Assembly (NCBI GenBank): GCA_047285805.1 | Contig: JBJBCN010000002.1 | Span: 512,001 to 576,000 of the forward strand | DNA: 64,000 nt | From: Synechococcus sp. | Lineage (GTDB): Bacteria; Cyanobacteriota; Cyanobacteriia; PCC-6307; Cyanobiaceae | Reading direction: 5' to 3' | Shown: positions 10,275 to 22,665 of the stretch, piece by piece | How positions within the stretch are numbered: the stretch's first letter is position 1 | How the letters are laid out: the number at the start of each line of letters is the position of its first letter | Position numbers and translations under genes: made by a program | The notes under the pieces: model-generated | Databases searched by the model: none | Seen by the model: the letters and a program-made list of their open reading frames with translations, nothing else | Told to the model about the DNA's origin: nothing

Positions 10275-12035
10275 TTAAGCCACCCTGCTGAGCTTCTCCT
10301 CGGCCTGTTCCCTTTCCCAGAGGCGCCTGTAGGTGCCCGGTTGCTCCAGCAGAACGTTGTGGTGCCCCTCCTGAACGAGGCGTCCCTCGTCGAGCACCAG
10401 GATCCGGTCGCAGGCTGCCGCTGCGGAGAGCTGATGGCTGATCATCAAGACTGTCCGGTCCTGTTGTCCGCGAATCGAGCCCAGAATCTCGGAGGCGGTG
10501 TTGTTGTCAACGCTGGCCAAGGCGTCATCCAGCACGAGCAGAGGCGCTTGAACGAGTAGGGCTCGTCCCAGGGCTGTGCGTTGACGTTGACCCCCACTCA
10601 GGGTGATCCCTCGCTCCCCCACCAAGGTCTCGTAGCGATCCGGGAATCCGTGAACATCGGCGGCAAGCCGGGCCTGCTCCGCGGCCTGCTCGACGCGGGA
10701 CAGGTCTGCGTTGGGCTCCCCGTAGCGGAGGTTGTCAGCGAGGGTCGCGGTGAAGAGGTAACCCTCCTGGGGCACCAGGGCGACCTGCTGCCGAAGTTGC
10801 TCAAGTTTGAGGGAAGTGATGTCGGTCCCATCGAGATAAAGCTGCCCCTGGGGCACCTCCACCATGCGGCCGAGGGCCCTGGCCAAGGTCGTTTTGCCGC
10901 ATCCGACCGGTCCAACGACGGCTACGAGCTCGCCGGGGATTAAGCGGAAACTGACGTCATTAAGGGTGTTTCGCTCCGCATCGGGATAACGCAGGGTCAA
11001 GCCGCGCGCTTCGATCCCGGCGGCTTGGCTTCCCGTTCGTCGCGGAACCGGCAGGGGAGTCGCCGGCGAAAAAATTGTTGGTTTCCGGCGAAGCAGTTCT
11101 TCGACCCTCTCGAGGGATACCTGACCGGTCTGGAAGGTGTTGAGGGTAAAGCCCAGCAGGGCCGTCGGGAAGACAAGGCGCTCGACATACAGGATCAAGG
11201 CCACCAGGTCACCGATCGATAGCCGACCGCTTTCCAGTTGTCCGCTACCCAGGGCGAGCAAGAGCAGCAGGCTGATCGATGAAATACCCTCCAGCAGCGG
11301 AAAGAGCGTGCTCCGCGTCCGAGCCAATTGCAGCGCGTCGTCCCTGTAGCGCTTGTTGCGCCGCTCGAACGCCTCCCGCTCAGTACGTTCTTGGCCGTAG
11401 ATCTTGATGGCGCTGATGCCCGAGAGGTCCTCTTGGATCAGATCGCTCAGTGCCCCCAGGGCTTCCTGTTGCCGGCGTTGTTGGCGCATCATTCGGCCGC
11501 CGAACAAGCGGACGGTGATCAGCATCAAGGGGTAGAGGCCGACTGCCGCCAGGCTGAGCAGCGGGTCGATTGCCAGCATGGCCGGCATCGTCAGGGCATA
11601 GGCCAGCGCGGTATTCGTCAGGCTCAGGACGGCAAAACCCAAGAGCCGCCGCACATTCTCCACGTCGCTGGTGGCCCTACTTATCACTTCACCACTGCCG
11701 CTGCTCTGAACCCACCCCGGCTCTTGTCGGAGCATGTGGTCAAAGATTTTTTGCTTCAGCTGGGCTTCGACCTGCCGGCCTACGCCAAAGACCAGCATCC
11801 TTGAGAACAGCCGGACGCCGCCCATCAGGGTCGCCAGCACGACGATGATCCCGGCCTGGCGCAGGACATCGCTGTAGCTGAACCCGTCCTGAAGGTCATC
11901 GATCACCCCCCGCACCATTAGTGGGATGGTGACGCTTAGAAGGTTGACGACCACCAAGGCGGCGACGCCCAACAGCACCGTGCGGCGGTAGGGCCGCAGG
12001 TAGCGCTGGATCAGACCGAAGCGGATCGCCGCCAT
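10275..12035 (-). CDS. ABC exporter, fused permease/ATPase
   Basis: N-terminal TMD, Walker A GPVGCGKT, LSGGQRQR signature. Confidence 0.93.
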   Translation of the reverse strand: MAAIRFGLIQRYLRPYRRTVLLGVAALVVVNLLSVTIPLMVRGVIDDLQDGFSYSDVLRQAGIIVVLATLMGGVRLFSRMLVFGVGRQVEAQLKQKIFDHMLRQEPGWVQSSGSGEVISRATSDVENVRRLLGFAVLSLTNTALAYALTMPAMLAIDPLLSLAAVGLYPLMLITVRLFGGRMMRQQRRQQEALGALSDLIQEDLSGISAIKIYGQERTEREAFERRNKRYRDDALQLARTRSTLFPLLEGISSISLLLLLALGSGQLESGRLSIGDLVALILYVERLVFPTALLGFTLNTFQTGQVSLERVEELLRRKPTIFSPATPLPVPRRTGSQAAGIEARGLTLRYPDAERNTLNDVSFRLIPGELVAVVGPVGCGKTTLARALGRMVEVPQGQLYLDGTDITSLKLEQLRQQVALVPQEGYLFTATLADNLRYGEPNADLSRVEQAAEQARLAADVHGFPDRYETLVGERGITLSGGQRQRTALGRALLVQAPLLVLDDALASVDNNTASEILGSIRGQQDRTVLMISHQLSAAAACDRILVLDEGRLVQEGHHNVLLEQPGTYRRLWEREQAEEKLSRVA

Positions 12036-12121
12036 GGATAAAGGCAAGGTGTCGCCAACTTAGGCATCGCCCCCAGAACAGCGTTGTTGAGCGATGCTGT
12101 GCCGGCGCGCCCCTTCCTTCG

Positions 12122-12439
12122 GTGATGGACGAGAACCCGCAGGTTCATCCTCTTTATGCCACCGACCGTGATCTGGTGGATCGATTGCTCGCCATAGAGG
12201 CCCCCTCTGATGCCGATCTCGTCGAGCTCGGTCGCTTGCTGATGCGCTACGAGGGATTCCCCGGTGCCTTGGATCTCCAGGAGGACCTGAAAAAGACTCT
12301 GCGTCTCTGGGGACTGAGCCTCGACCAGTTGCATCAGCGCACGCGAGCGATCTGGGCTGCCGGCTACCGCCCCGGGGCCGATGCGGCCCCCCAGGCCGTG
12401 GGCTCTGGTTTTGATACGTCCGATCAGGACAGTCCTTGA
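12122..12439 (+). CDS. DUF3288-family protein
   Basis: HPLYATDR...RLLMRYEGFPGA...VGSGFD. Confidence 0.8.
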   Translation: MMDENPQVHPLYATDRDLVDRLLAIEAPSDADLVELGRLLMRYEGFPGALDLQEDLKKTLRLWGLSLDQLHQRTRAIWAAGYRPGADAAPQAVGSGFDTSDQDSP

Positions 12440-12477
12440 GTCACGTTCTTGCTAGACACCACTTCTGATTTCTCGTT

Positions 12478-13509
12478 TTGATGTCTGCCCCCCAGTCCTG
12501 GCCAGCCCTGCTCGATCAACTGCTGTGCGGTGAGCCCTTGGAGGCCGCCAAGGCCAAGGGCTTGATGGAGGCGTGGCTCTCAGAGCAGCTGGAGCCCGTG
12601 CAGTCCGGGGCCCTGCTCGCGGCCCTCAGGGCCAAGGGGGTGAACGGAGAAGAGCTCGCCGCCATGGCCGAGGTGTTGCGGGCCGCCGCTCCGCTCCCCT
12701 GCGAGCGCCCTGATTTGCCCTTGGTCGACACCTGCGGAACCGGTGGAGATGGGGCCAACACCTTCAATATTTCAACCGCTGTGGCGTTCGTCGCTGCCGC
12801 TTGCGGCGCTCAGGTGGCGAAGCATGGCAACCGCAGCGCCAGCGGCAAGGTGGGCTCCGCCGATGTGCTCGAAGCCGTTGGCTTGAACCTCAAAGCGCCA
12901 ACCAATCAAGTGGTTCAGGCCTTGAATGTGGCTGGAGTGACCTTCTTGTTTGCCCCGGGATGGCACCCCGCATTGGTGGGACTTGCCCCGCTGCGCCGGG
13001 CCCTCGGGGTGCGGACGGTTTTCAACCTCTTAGGTCCCCTGGTGAACCCCCTTCGTCCTGACTACCAAGTCCTCGGGGTCGGAGCGGCCGATCTGCTAGA
13101 TCCGATGGCTGATGCGCTGGCCCGTCTAGGCAGCGTCCGTGCGGTGGTCGTTTTTGGCCATGGCGGATTGGATGAAGCCTCTCTCTCCGGCCCGAGCGAG
13201 CTGCGCTTGATTCGCGACGGCGAGGTGGAGCGGCAGCTCCTGGATCCCCAGTCCTTGGGCCTCAGCCTCGCTCCAATGGAGGCCCTACGCGGCGGAGAGC
13301 TCGAGGACAACGCTCGTATTCTCGAGGCGGTGCTCCAGGGCCAGGGCACCCAAGCCCAGCAGGACGTTGTTGCGCTCAATGCGGCCTTGGTGATTTGGGC
13401 GGCCGGCCTTGCGGAGTCCGTGGAGGTGGCCCTGCCCCAGGCCCAGGCCGCCATGGCAAGCCGCAGCGCCCACGCCAAAATGCTCAACCTCCGGCAGGCC
13501 CTGGCTTAG
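12478..13509 (+). CDS. trpD: anthranilate phosphoribosyltransferase
   Basis: [24 protein letters not shown]. Confidence 0.96.
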   Translation: MMSAPQSWPALLDQLLCGEPLEAAKAKGLMEAWLSEQLEPVQSGALLAALRAKGVNGEELAAMAEVLRAAAPLPCERPDLPLVDTCGTGGDGANTFNISTAVAFVAAACGAQVAKHGNRSASGKVGSADVLEAVGLNLKAPTNQVVQALNVAGVTFLFAPGWHPALVGLAPLRRALGVRTVFNLLGPLVNPLRPDYQVLGVGAADLLDPMADALARLGSVRAVVVFGHGGLDEASLSGPSELRLIRDGEVERQLLDPQSLGLSLAPMEALRGGELEDNARILEAVLQGQGTQAQQDVVALNAALVIWAAGLAESVEVALPQAQAAMASRSAHAKMLNLRQALA

Positions 13510-13534
13510 AACCCCTTTACGGGATGATGACGGC

Positions 13535-14680
13535 ATGAGCAGCACAGCGACCCCTCAGCCGGCCCTCCTTGTGTTGGCGGATGGCCTGGTGTTGCGTGGT
13601 GAAGCCTTTGGTGCCACGGCAACGGCCCTGGGCGAAGTGGTATTCAACACTGGCATGACGGGCTACCAGGAGGTCATGACCGACCCCAGCTATGCCGGGC
13701 AATTGGTCACCTTCACCTACCCCGAGCTTGGCAACACCGGGGTCAACAGCAGCGATCAAGAGGCTGATGCGCCCCATGTGCGCGGGGTGATCGCCCGTCA
13801 GCTGGCCCCCACCGAGAGCAACTGGCGCAGCGAGGGCAGCCTGGGGGCCTGGTTACAACAACACGGTGTGGTCGGTATTTCCGGCATCGACACCCGCTCC
13901 CTGGTCCGTCACCTTCGGGAAGGCGGAGCGATGAATTGCGCCATCAGTAGTGATGGCAGCACGCCGCAGCAACTGCTTGAGCGGGTGCGGGCCATGCCTT
14001 CGATGGCCGGCTTGAACCTGGCGAAGGATGTCTCAACGCGGGAGCCCTACCGCTGGTCCTCGCTCTGTCCGGCGAGCTTTGATCAGCGACTGCAGGAGAA
14101 CCCCACCACCCCCTACAAGGTTGTGGCCATTGACTTTGGGATCAAGCGGGCGATTCTCGAGCGGCTTGTGGCCCACGGCTGTGATGTCACGGTTCTCCCG
14201 GCTGACGCGACCTTGGAGCAAGTGTTGGAGAGCCAGCCCGAGGGCGTCTTCCTCTCCAATGGTCCTGGCGATCCGTCGGCTGTGACCAGTGGGATTGCCT
14301 TGGCCAAGTCCCTCGTCGAGCACAACAACCTGCCCTTGTTTGGTATTTGCCTCGGACACCAGATCCTGGGCCTGGCCCTTGGCGGCAACACCTTCAAGCT
14401 CGGTTACGGCCACCGCGGCCTGAATCACCCCTGCGGCACTACCGGCGTTGTGGAGATCACCAGCCAAAACCACGGCTTTGCCCTGGATGCGGACTCCCTA
14501 CCGGCTGATCAAATGGAGGTGACCCATTTGAATTTGAACGACCGGACCGTGGCGGCGTTTGCCCACCGCCAGAAGCCGATCTTCGGTGTCCAGTACCACC
14601 CAGAGGCCAGCCCCGGGCCCCACGATGCGGACCATCATTTCGGTCGATTTGCCACGTTGATGCGTGAGCGCCGGAGCTGA
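13535..14680 (+). CDS. carA: carbamoyl-phosphate synthase small subunit
   Basis: [38 protein letters not shown]. Confidence 0.97.
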   Translation: MSSTATPQPALLVLADGLVLRGEAFGATATALGEVVFNTGMTGYQEVMTDPSYAGQLVTFTYPELGNTGVNSSDQEADAPHVRGVIARQLAPTESNWRSEGSLGAWLQQHGVVGISGIDTRSLVRHLREGGAMNCAISSDGSTPQQLLERVRAMPSMAGLNLAKDVSTREPYRWSSLCPASFDQRLQENPTTPYKVVAIDFGIKRAILERLVAHGCDVTVLPADATLEQVLESQPEGVFLSNGPGDPSAVTSGIALAKSLVEHNNLPLFGICLGHQILGLALGGNTFKLGYGHRGLNHPCGTTGVVEITSQNHGFALDADSLPADQMEVTHLNLNDRTVAAFAHRQKPIFGVQYHPEASPGPHDADHHFGRFATLMRERRS

Positions 14681-14781
14681 TCGATCGAACTTTGTTTCGG
14701 TCCTGCCCGTTTCGAAAACCCTCATTACACTGCGATCGCCAGTGACGTCAGAGGTTCGCAGCCATCACTGATCTGCAGCGA

Positions 14782-15129
14782 TTGACCGTCTCTCTCCGCG
14801 GTGGGTTTGAACAGCAGGACGGATGCCTGCTGTTCAGTTTCACCGGACAGTTGGATGCCTACTCCGAGAAGCAATTTCTCGCGTTCATCAACGACCACCT
14901 CACCAGCACACCTCAGCCGCTGGTGCTGGATCTGAGCAAGATCGATTTCATCGACTCTTCCGGTTTGGGTGCCCTGGTGCAGTTCGCGAAGCATTGCAAT
15001 GACCAGAAGATCCAGTTCCTGGTGGTCGGCAATGCCCGGGTCGTGCAGACGGTGAAACTGGTAAGGCTTGAGGAGTTTCTCCATCTCCAGCCCGACCTCA
15101 ACACCGCCCTCGGATCCATCGCCGCCTGA
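14782..15129 (+). CDS. STAS-domain anti-sigma factor antagonist
   Basis: GQLDAY, DLSKIDFIDSSGLGAL. Confidence 0.9.
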   Translation: MTVSLRGGFEQQDGCLLFSFTGQLDAYSEKQFLAFINDHLTSTPQPLVLDLSKIDFIDSSGLGALVQFAKHCNDQKIQFLVVGNARVVQTVKLVRLEEFLHLQPDLNTALGSIAA

Positions 15130-15142
15130 TTCGGCCGCCTGG

Positions 15143-15532
15143 ATGACCCAACTCCAACCGCCGGGATGGCCCGGGGAGTTGGGTCCACTTCAATTGGCCT
15201 GGCTTGGCGACGCCGTCTGGGAGCTGCACCAGCGCATCCGCCGTTGCCGCCAACCCGGCAGGAGTGCCGATTTGCATCGCGCTGTCGTGGCGGATGTCCG
15301 TGCTGATGCCCAAGCCCATGCTCTTGATCGCCTGCAGGAGAACGGCTTTCTCAGGAAGGAGGAACTGGAGTGGGTGCGCAAAGGCCGCAATAAAGCGGGC
15401 AGGGGGCCTCGCAAGGGGGAGGCAGGTCTCTATGGAAAGGCCACGGGATTTGAGACAATGGTTGGCTGGCTCTTTCTGCAGAACCCCAGCCGCCTTGCAC
15501 AGCTGCTGGCAGAACTCGAGGACGCCGACTGA
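15143..15532 (+). CDS. mini-ribonuclease III
   Basis: LAWLGDAVWEL, ATGFETMVGWL; upstream of rlmB. Confidence 0.88.
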   Translation: MTQLQPPGWPGELGPLQLAWLGDAVWELHQRIRRCRQPGRSADLHRAVVADVRADAQAHALDRLQENGFLRKEELEWVRKGRNKAGRGPRKGEAGLYGKATGFETMVGWLFLQNPSRLAQLLAELEDAD

Positions 15533-15553
15533 TAACCCTTTTGCTTGAAAACC

Positions 15554-17200
15554 ATGAGCCCTCGTTTTGATCGTCGTAATGACCAGCGTTCGGGCTCTGG
15601 CGGAGGCAAACCTCCCCGTTCCGGAGGGCGCTTTGGTGGCGAACGCTCAGGTGGGGACCGCCGCGGTGATCGCTTCGACTCTGATCGGGGGGGCGAGCGG
15701 TATGGCTCCGCTCGCGGTGGTGACCGCTTTGGTGGCGGTGAAGAAGGCGGTGGTGGTCGTCCTGGGTATCGCGCCGGTGGGCGTACCGCAGGCCGTCCTG
15801 GCGTTAGGCCCGGTGGGCGTCCCGGTTTCCGTGGAGGTTCCTCCCGTCCCTTCTCTCCCCGCGGTGAATGGCGCCCTGATGGGGAGGGGCGCGGAGGAGC
15901 CGGCCAGGGACGTGAGCGCTTTTCCCGTCCTGAGGGCCGTTCGGAGGGCCGCGGTGATGCCTCGAGCCGACCGGAGCGTCGTGGTGCCCGCCCCCAAGGC
16001 CGCCCGTTTCTGAAAGGGCGTGGTGCAGACCGTTACCGCGACGCTGGTTCAGAAAGTGGTCGTGGTGGCGGCAAGGGCCGTTTGGGTGGAGCTCGTGACG
16101 ATCAGCGCGCTGGTCGCAAGCCCTTCAGCCGCGACCGGGATCAGGGCAAACCCATCGCCGTTGAGGTTCCGGTCGGTGAGGCCGAACGCTTCAACGCCTA
16201 TCCCGCCGATGACCTGATCTGGGGCCGCCATGCCGCCCTGGCGGCCCTTGAAAGCGGCCGGCCTGTGCACCGCATTTGGTGCACCCCTGAGATGCGCTTC
16301 CAGCCCCGTTTCCTTCAGCTGCTGCGCGAAGCGAAGTCCGCCGGCGTTCTGGTCGAAGAGGTCACCTGGTCCCGCCTGGGTCAGCTGACCAATGGTGCGG
16401 TTCACCAGGGCATCGTCTTGCAGGCCGCTGCAGCCGACACCTTGGATTTGGGGAGCTTGATTGATGGTTGCCGTGACCTGGGGGAGCCACCTCTGTTGAT
16501 GGCACTCGACGGCATTACCGATCCCCACAACCTCGGGGCGATCGTCCGCAGTGCGGAGGCGTTGGGGGCCCATGGTCTGGTTCTACCGCAGCGGCGAAGT
16601 GCTGGCCTGACCGGTTCGGTCGCCAAAGTGGCCGCCGGTGCCCTGGAGCACCTCCCGGTGGCCCGGGTGGTCAACTTGAACCGGGCCCTCGACAGCCTCA
16701 AGAACGAGGGCTACCGCGTGATCGGCCTGGCCGGTGAGGGCAGCGTCGCCCTTGGCGAGGCCGACCTGGATGGTCCCTTGGTGGTGGTGACGGGTTCGGA
16801 GGGTGATGGCCTCTCGATGCTGACCCGCAAGCACTGCGATCAGTTGGTGCGGATTCCGATCCGAGGCGCGACCCCCAGCCTTAATGCGTCGGTGGCCACG
16901 GCGATGGTGCTTTACGAAGTGGCTCGCCGCGGATGGATGCAGAAGATTTCTGGCGCTGCGCCCGCCCCGCGGATCGTGCGCCCGCAAATGCCTACTCCGC
17001 CCCCGCTGGAACTGCCTGAAGAGGAGATCGTTAGTGAGGCCGGGGAGGCCGAGGCGACCGTCAGCGCCGCCGAAGAGGTCCGTGCAGAGAAGATCGTTGC
17101 CGATGTGATGGCTGATTTGCAGGACGAGGGCCCGACCAGCCCGGATCAGGTCGATGGCTCTGATCCCTCCGCGACGTTCTCCTCCGACATCAAGCTCTGA
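15554..17200 (+). CDS. rlmB: 23S rRNA (G2251) 2'-O-methyltransferase with RG-rich N-terminal extension
   Basis: SpoU motifs DPHNLGAIVRSA, GSEGDG, SLNASVA. Confidence 0.93.
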   Translation: MSPRFDRRNDQRSGSGGGKPPRSGGRFGGERSGGDRRGDRFDSDRGGERYGSARGGDRFGGGEEGGGGRPGYRAGGRTAGRPGVRPGGRPGFRGGSSRPFSPRGEWRPDGEGRGGAGQGRERFSRPEGRSEGRGDASSRPERRGARPQGRPFLKGRGADRYRDAGSESGRGGGKGRLGGARDDQRAGRKPFSRDRDQGKPIAVEVPVGEAERFNAYPADDLIWGRHAALAALESGRPVHRIWCTPEMRFQPRFLQLLREAKSAGVLVEEVTWSRLGQLTNGAVHQGIVLQAAAADTLDLGSLIDGCRDLGEPPLLMALDGITDPHNLGAIVRSAEALGAHGLVLPQRRSAGLTGSVAKVAAGALEHLPVARVVNLNRALDSLKNEGYRVIGLAGEGSVALGEADLDGPLVVVTGSEGDGLSMLTRKHCDQLVRIPIRGATPSLNASVATAMVLYEVARRGWMQKISGAAPAPRIVRPQMPTPPPLELPEEEIVSEAGEAEATVSAAEEVRAEKIVADVMADLQDEGPTSPDQVDGSDPSATFSSDIKL

Positions 17201-17229
17201 TTGCTGCGCTGGGCCAATCCGGAGCCACA

Positions 17230-17499
17230 ATGGGTTTATCGCCTTCCCCCTGGATGACACCGCTTCTTCGGCCGCTGCGCAGCATTGCAAACGGGTTTGG
17301 GATGGCTTGGTGGGCCAGGGTTGAGACCAGGCAGCCCGACGTGACTTATTGGTTTGGTCCCTACATACGGCGCACCAGCCTGGAGTCGGCGCTTCCCCCG
17401 TTTCTGGCGGATCTGCGCAGTGAAGGGGCTGGACAGATCAACCACACCATGCTGAAGACCCGGCGGTCCGAGCCGTTTACCATTGCTTCCGAGAGCTGA
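17230..17499 (+). CDS. DUF1816-family protein
   Basis: AWWARVET..P.VTYWFGP. Confidence 0.8.
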   Translation: MGLSPSPWMTPLLRPLRSIANGFGMAWWARVETRQPDVTYWFGPYIRRTSLESALPPFLADLRSEGAGQINHTMLKTRRSEPFTIASES

Positions 17500-17558
17500 G
17501 CGTCTGAAGCACCACTGGTTGACTGATAGCGTCAACTCTTGGTTTGGACCTGGGTTTG

Positions 17559-19019
17559 ATGGGTATCGCCGAGTGGCGCGACCAGCTCAAGAGCGGCGAT
17601 GTCTCCGCCCGGGAGCTCACCGACCATCACCTCAGCCGGATTGAGGCGGTCGAGCCCAGCGTCAATGCCTACACCGAGGTCACCGCTGAGCGGGCCAGGG
17701 CCGATGCGGATCGCATCGATGCCCTGAGGGCCTCTGGCGCTGAACTCCCGCCGCTGGCCGGCGTCCCTTTGGCGATCAAGGACAACCTCTGCACCCGGGG
17801 CATCCGTACGACCTGCTCCAGCAGGATGCTTGAGTATTTTGTCCCCCCCTATGAATCCACCGTGACCGAACGCCTCTGGGGCGCTGGTGCGGTGTTGCTG
17901 GGCAAGACCAACCTCGATGAGTTCGCCATGGGCAGCTCCACCGAGACCTCGTTCTTCGGTCCCAGCCGCAACCCCTGGAACACCGAGAAGGTTCCTGGGG
18001 GTAGTTCCGGCGGCAGTGCCGCCGCGGTGGCGGCTGGCGAGTGCGTGGGTTCCCTGGGATCAGATACCGGTGGCTCCATTCGCCAGCCCGCCTCCTTCTG
18101 CGGGATCGTTGGCCTGAAGCCCACCTATGGACGGGTCAGCCGTTATGGCTTGGTGGCATTTGCCAGCTCCCTGGATCAGGTTGGCCCCTTTGCGAACAGC
18201 GTCTCCGATGCGGCTGAACTGCTCCAGGTGATCGCTGGGGAGGATCCACGTGATTCCACCTGCTTGGAGGCCCCTGTTCCCGATTTCCGGGCCGCTCTGA
18301 CACTGCCCGTGGCCGGCCTCAGGGTCGGTATCGTTCGGGAATGCTTTGAAGCGGAGGGTCTGCATCCCGAGGTCAAGGCCTCGGTGATGGCCGCCGCCGC
18401 CCAACTCGAGGCTCTGGGCTGTGACCTTGTCGATGTCAGCTGCCCGCGTTTTAACGATGGGATCGCGACTTACTACGTCATTGCTCCATCGGAGGCATCC
18501 GCCAACTTGGCTCGCTATGACGGTGTGAAGTACGGCTACCGCGCCGAAGACGCCGCAAGCCTCGCTGAAATGACCTCCCGCAGCCGGGCTGAAGCATTCG
18601 GCGATGAGGTGAAACGTCGCATCCTGATCGGCACTTACGCCTTGTCCGCTGGCTACGTCGACGCTTATTACAAAAAGGCCCAGCAGGTCCGGACCCTGAT
18701 CCGTCGTGACTTTGATGCGGCCTTTGGTCAGGTCGACGTCCTGCTGACCCCTACCTCACCGACCACCGCGTTTGGCTTTGGCGCCCATGCAGAAGACCCC
18801 CTTGCCATGTACCTGGCCGACCTGCTGACGATCCCCGCGAACATGGCGGGCTTGCCGGCCATCAGTCTCCCTTGTGGCTTCGATGGTGTGGGCCTGCCGA
18901 TCGGTGTGCAGCTGATCGCGGGCGTGTTGCAGGAGGAGCGTCTGCTCCAGGTCGCCTACCACTACGAGCAGGCCGCTCGGGTGATGGAGAAACGTCCCCG
19001 GGCCTCCCTGGTGCCCTGA
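17559..19019 (+). CDS. gatA: Asp/Glu-tRNA amidotransferase subunit A
   Basis: Amidase signature [29 protein letters not shown]. Confidence 0.97.
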   Translation: MGIAEWRDQLKSGDVSARELTDHHLSRIEAVEPSVNAYTEVTAERARADADRIDALRASGAELPPLAGVPLAIKDNLCTRGIRTTCSSRMLEYFVPPYESTVTERLWGAGAVLLGKTNLDEFAMGSSTETSFFGPSRNPWNTEKVPGGSSGGSAAAVAAGECVGSLGSDTGGSIRQPASFCGIVGLKPTYGRVSRYGLVAFASSLDQVGPFANSVSDAAELLQVIAGEDPRDSTCLEAPVPDFRAALTLPVAGLRVGIVRECFEAEGLHPEVKASVMAAAAQLEALGCDLVDVSCPRFNDGIATYYVIAPSEASANLARYDGVKYGYRAEDAASLAEMTSRSRAEAFGDEVKRRILIGTYALSAGYVDAYYKKAQQVRTLIRRDFDAAFGQVDVLLTPTSPTTAFGFGAHAEDPLAMYLADLLTIPANMAGLPAISLPCGFDGVGLPIGVQLIAGVLQEERLLQVAYHYEQAARVMEKRPRASLVP

Positions 19020-19101
19020 TCACTAGGGCTGGCGTGTCGGACTGACGAACTGGCGAGTGAAGCCCTGAATCTGGTGTTGCCGGCTTAGCCTGGCACCAGT
19101 C

Positions 19102-22100
19102 TTGGCTCCATCGCTTTCTCCGCGCTTGGCCTTCGTCCCCCTCCACAACCACAGCGACTACAGCCTTCTGGATGGGGCCAGTCAGCTGCCGGCCATGGTG
19201 AAACGTGCTGAGGAGCTGGGCATGACTGCGATCGCCCTCACCGACCACGGCGTCATGTACGGCGCCATTGAGCTGTTGAAGCTCTGCCGGGGCAGCTCGG
19301 TGAAACCGATAATCGGCAATGAGATGTATGTCATCAATGGCTCCCTTGATGACCCCAACCCTCCAAAAAAAGAGCGCCGCTACCACCTGGTTGTCCTGGC
19401 CAAGAACGCTGTCGGCTATCGCAATTTGGTGAAGCTCACGAGCATCAGCCACCTGCGGGGTATGCGTGGTCGGGGCATTTTTTCCCGGGCTTGTATCGAT
19501 AAGTCAACCCTCGAGCGCTACAGCGAGGGTTTGATCATTGCCACCGCCTGCCTCGGCGGTGAAATCCCCCAGGCGATCCTGCGGGATCGCCCCGACGTCG
19601 CTCGCGACGTGGCCCGCTGGTACCAGGGGGTCTTCGGCGACGACTTCTACCTGGAGATCCAAGACCACGGCTCTCCGGAGGACCGGATCGTCAATGTGGA
19701 GATGGCAAAGATCTCCAAGGAATTGAGGATTCCGTTGGTGGTCACCAATGATGCCCACTACTTGACCAGTAATGACGCGGAGGCCCATGACGCGCTGCTC
19801 TGCGTCCTCACGGGCAAGTTGGTGACCGACGAAAAGCGTCTGCGCTACACGGGCACTGAATTCATCAAGAGCGAGCAGGAAATGCTCGGTCTCTTCGCCG
19901 ATCACCTGGACCCTGAGGTGGTGGCAGAAGCGGTTGCCAATACAGCACTGGTGGCCGAGAAGGTCGAGGACTACGACATCCTTGGCCGCTATCAAATGCC
20001 CCGTTTCCCGATCCCCGAGGGACACACACCGGTGAGCTACCTCCGGGAGGTCACCGAACAGGGTCTTCGGGCGCGCCTGGGGCTGCCCGAAGACAGTGGA
20101 TTTGACCCCATCTATGGCCAGCGGCTCGATTTCGAGCTGCAGGTCATGGAACAGATGGGGTTCCCCACCTACTTCTTGGTGGTCTGGGACTACATCCGTT
20201 TCGCTCGTGACAACGGCATTCCCGTGGGACCGGGCCGTGGTTCCGCCGCCGGCTCACTGGTGGCCTACGCCCTGGGTATCACAAACATTGATCCGGTCAC
20301 GAACGGATTGCTGTTCGAGCGCTTCTTGAACCCCGAGCGCAAGTCGATGCCTGATATCGACACGGACTTTTGCATCGAGCGCCGTGGCGAGGTGATTGAC
20401 TACGTCACGGAGCGCTACGGCGAAGACAAGGTCGCTCAGATCATCACCTTCAACCGGATGACCTCGAAGGCGGTGCTTAAGGATGTGGCCCGTGTGCTCG
20501 ACATCCCCTATGGCGATGCGGATCGTCTCGCCAAGTTGATCCCGGTGGTGCGCGGCAAACCCGCCAAGCTCAAAGAAATGATCGGCGAGGAATCACCAGC
20601 CCCTGAGTTCCGCGAGAAATATCTCGGCGATCCCGCGGTGAAGCGCTGGATCGACATGGCGATGCGCATTGAGGGGACCAACAAGACCTTCGGTGTACAT
20701 GCCGCTGGTGTCGTCATCGCGGCGGATCCCCTCGATGAAGTGGTGCCGTTGCAGCGCAACAACGACGGCCAGGTGATCACCCAGTACTTCATGGAAGACG
20801 TGGAGTCCATGGGCCTGCTGAAGATGGACTTCCTGGGCCTTAAGAACCTCACGATGATCGATAAGACCGTCGATTTGGTTCAACAGAGTTCCGGCATCAG
20901 CATCGATACCGATGCTCTCCCACTTGATGATCCAGGCACCTTCGGTCTCCTAGCCCGCGGCGATCTTGAAGGCATCTTCCAGTTGGAATCCAGTGGGATG
21001 CGCCAGATCGTGCGTGATCTCAAACCGTCTTCCCTGGAGGACATCTCATCCATCCTGGCCCTCTACCGACCCGGTCCCCTCGATGCGGGTTTGATTCCGA
21101 AATTCATCAACCGCAAGCACGGCCGCGAGGCGATCGATTTCGCCGACGCCAAGTTGGAGCCGATATTGCAGGAGACCTACGGGATCATGGTCTACCAAGA
21201 GCAGATCATGAAGATCGCTCAGGATTTGGCGGGCTATTCCCTGGGTGAGGCGGACTTGCTGCGCCGGGCCATGGGTAAGAAAAAGGTCTCGGAGATGCAG
21301 AAGCACCGAGACATCTTTGTGAAGGGCGCGAGTGAGCGTGGCGTCGACGCCAAGATCGCCGACGAGCTCTTCGATCAGATGGTGCTCTTCGCTGAGTACT
21401 GCTTCAACAAGAGCCATTCCACCGCCTACGGCGCGGTGACCTATCAGACCGCTTACCTCAAGGCGCACTACCCAGTGGCTTACATGGCGGCGCTGCTCAC
21501 GGTGAATGCCGGCAGCACCGACAAGATCCAGCGCTACATCTCCAATTGCAATGCGATGGGGATTGAGGTCATGCCCCCTGATGTGAATGCCTCGGGCATT
21601 GACTTCACCCCTGTCGGTGATCGCATCCTGTTTGGCCTTTCGGCGGTTCGAAACCTTGGCGAGGGGGCGATTCGTGTCCTTCTGGAGACCCGCGCTACCG
21701 ATGGTTCTTTTAAGTCACTCGCAGATCTCTGTGATCGAATCCCCGGCGCCACCTTGAACCGTCGCTCCTTGGAAGCGCTGATCCACTGCGGTGCTATGGA
21801 TGCCCTTGAACCCGAGGCCAACCGGGCTCAACTGATGGCGGACCTGGATCTGATTATCGACTGGGCTTCCTCCAGGGCCCGTGACCGGGAGAGCGGGCAG
21901 GGCAACCTGTTCGATCTGTTTGCGAGGTCGGCGGACGATTCAAACGATGCGACGCCCGTGGCTGGAGGCGATCTCAGTACGGCCCCGAAGGCGGCGCCGG
22001 TGAAGGATTACCCCCCGACTGAGAAGCTGCGGCTCGAGAAGGAATTGGTCGGCTTCTACCTCTCGGATCACCCGCTCAAGCAGCTCACCCGCCCTGTACA

Positions 22101-22665
22101 GCTGCTTTCACCGGTGGGCCTCGGTGGCCTCGAGGAGCAAGCCGATAAGGCGCGAGTCAGCGTGGTGGGCATGGTCTCCGGCCTACGACCGGTGACCACC
22201 CGCAAAGGGGATCGTATGGCGGTCCTTCAGCTAGAGGATCTAAGTGGCAGTTGTGAGGCCGTGGTCTTCCCGAAGACCTACGCCCGCCTTTCGGATCACC
22301 TGGTGGTGGATTCCCGTCTTTTGATTTGGGCTTCAGTCGACCGGCGTGACGAGCAGGTGCAGTTGATCGTTGATGACTGCCGCGTCATCGACGAGCTGCG
22401 CTTCCTCGTGGTCGAACTGGATGGCCAACAGGCCAGTGACATTGCCATCCAGCACAAACTGCGGGAATGCTTAAACCAGCACCGCACCGAAAAAGACGAG
22501 GGCGGTATTCGCGTTCCCGTGGTGGCCATGGTCAAGGACCAGCGCCAGGTGCGTTATGTGCGGCTGGGCCACCAGTTCTGCGTCCGTGACAGCCGTGCCG
22601 CTTTGAGCAGCCTGGAGGCCCAGGCCTTCCGGGCCCGTCTCAGCTCGACGCTGGTGGGCGCTTAA
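19102..22665 (+). CDS. dnaE: DNA polymerase III alpha subunit (unsplit, no intein)
   Basis: PHP domain [35 protein letters not shown]. Confidence 0.97.
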   Translation: MAPSLSPRLAFVPLHNHSDYSLLDGASQLPAMVKRAEELGMTAIALTDHGVMYGAIELLKLCRGSSVKPIIGNEMYVINGSLDDPNPPKKERRYHLVVLAKNAVGYRNLVKLTSISHLRGMRGRGIFSRACIDKSTLERYSEGLIIATACLGGEIPQAILRDRPDVARDVARWYQGVFGDDFYLEIQDHGSPEDRIVNVEMAKISKELRIPLVVTNDAHYLTSNDAEAHDALLCVLTGKLVTDEKRLRYTGTEFIKSEQEMLGLFADHLDPEVVAEAVANTALVAEKVEDYDILGRYQMPRFPIPEGHTPVSYLREVTEQGLRARLGLPEDSGFDPIYGQRLDFELQVMEQMGFPTYFLVVWDYIRFARDNGIPVGPGRGSAAGSLVAYALGITNIDPVTNGLLFERFLNPERKSMPDIDTDFCIERRGEVIDYVTERYGEDKVAQIITFNRMTSKAVLKDVARVLDIPYGDADRLAKLIPVVRGKPAKLKEMIGEESPAPEFREKYLGDPAVKRWIDMAMRIEGTNKTFGVHAAGVVIAADPLDEVVPLQRNNDGQVITQYFMEDVESMGLLKMDFLGLKNLTMIDKTVDLVQQSSGISIDTDALPLDDPGTFGLLARGDLEGIFQLESSGMRQIVRDLKPSSLEDISSILALYRPGPLDAGLIPKFINRKHGREAIDFADAKLEPILQETYGIMVYQEQIMKIAQDLAGYSLGEADLLRRAMGKKKVSEMQKHRDIFVKGASERGVDAKIADELFDQMVLFAEYCFNKSHSTAYGAVTYQTAYLKAHYPVAYMAALLTVNAGSTDKIQRYISNCNAMGIEVMPPDVNASGIDFTPVGDRILFGLSAVRNLGEGAIRVLLETRATDGSFKSLADLCDRIPGATLNRRSLEALIHCGAMDALEPEANRAQLMADLDLIIDWASSRARDRESGQGNLFDLFARSADDSNDATPVAGGDLSTAPKAAPVKDYPPTEKLRLEKELVGFYLSDHPLKQLTRPVQLLSPVGLGGLEEQADKARVSVVGMVSGLRPVTTRKGDRMAVLQLEDLSGSCEAVVFPKTYARLSDHLVVDSRLLIWASVDRRDEQVQLIVDDCRVIDELRFLVVELDGQQASDIAIQHKLRECLNQHRTEKDEGGIRVPVVAMVKDQRQVRYVRLGHQFCVRDSRAALSSLEAQAFRARLSSTLVGA

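Noticed and set aside
21380..21420. Split intein in dnaE
   Set aside because: The AEY/CFNKSH insertion site is empty and the gene is continuous
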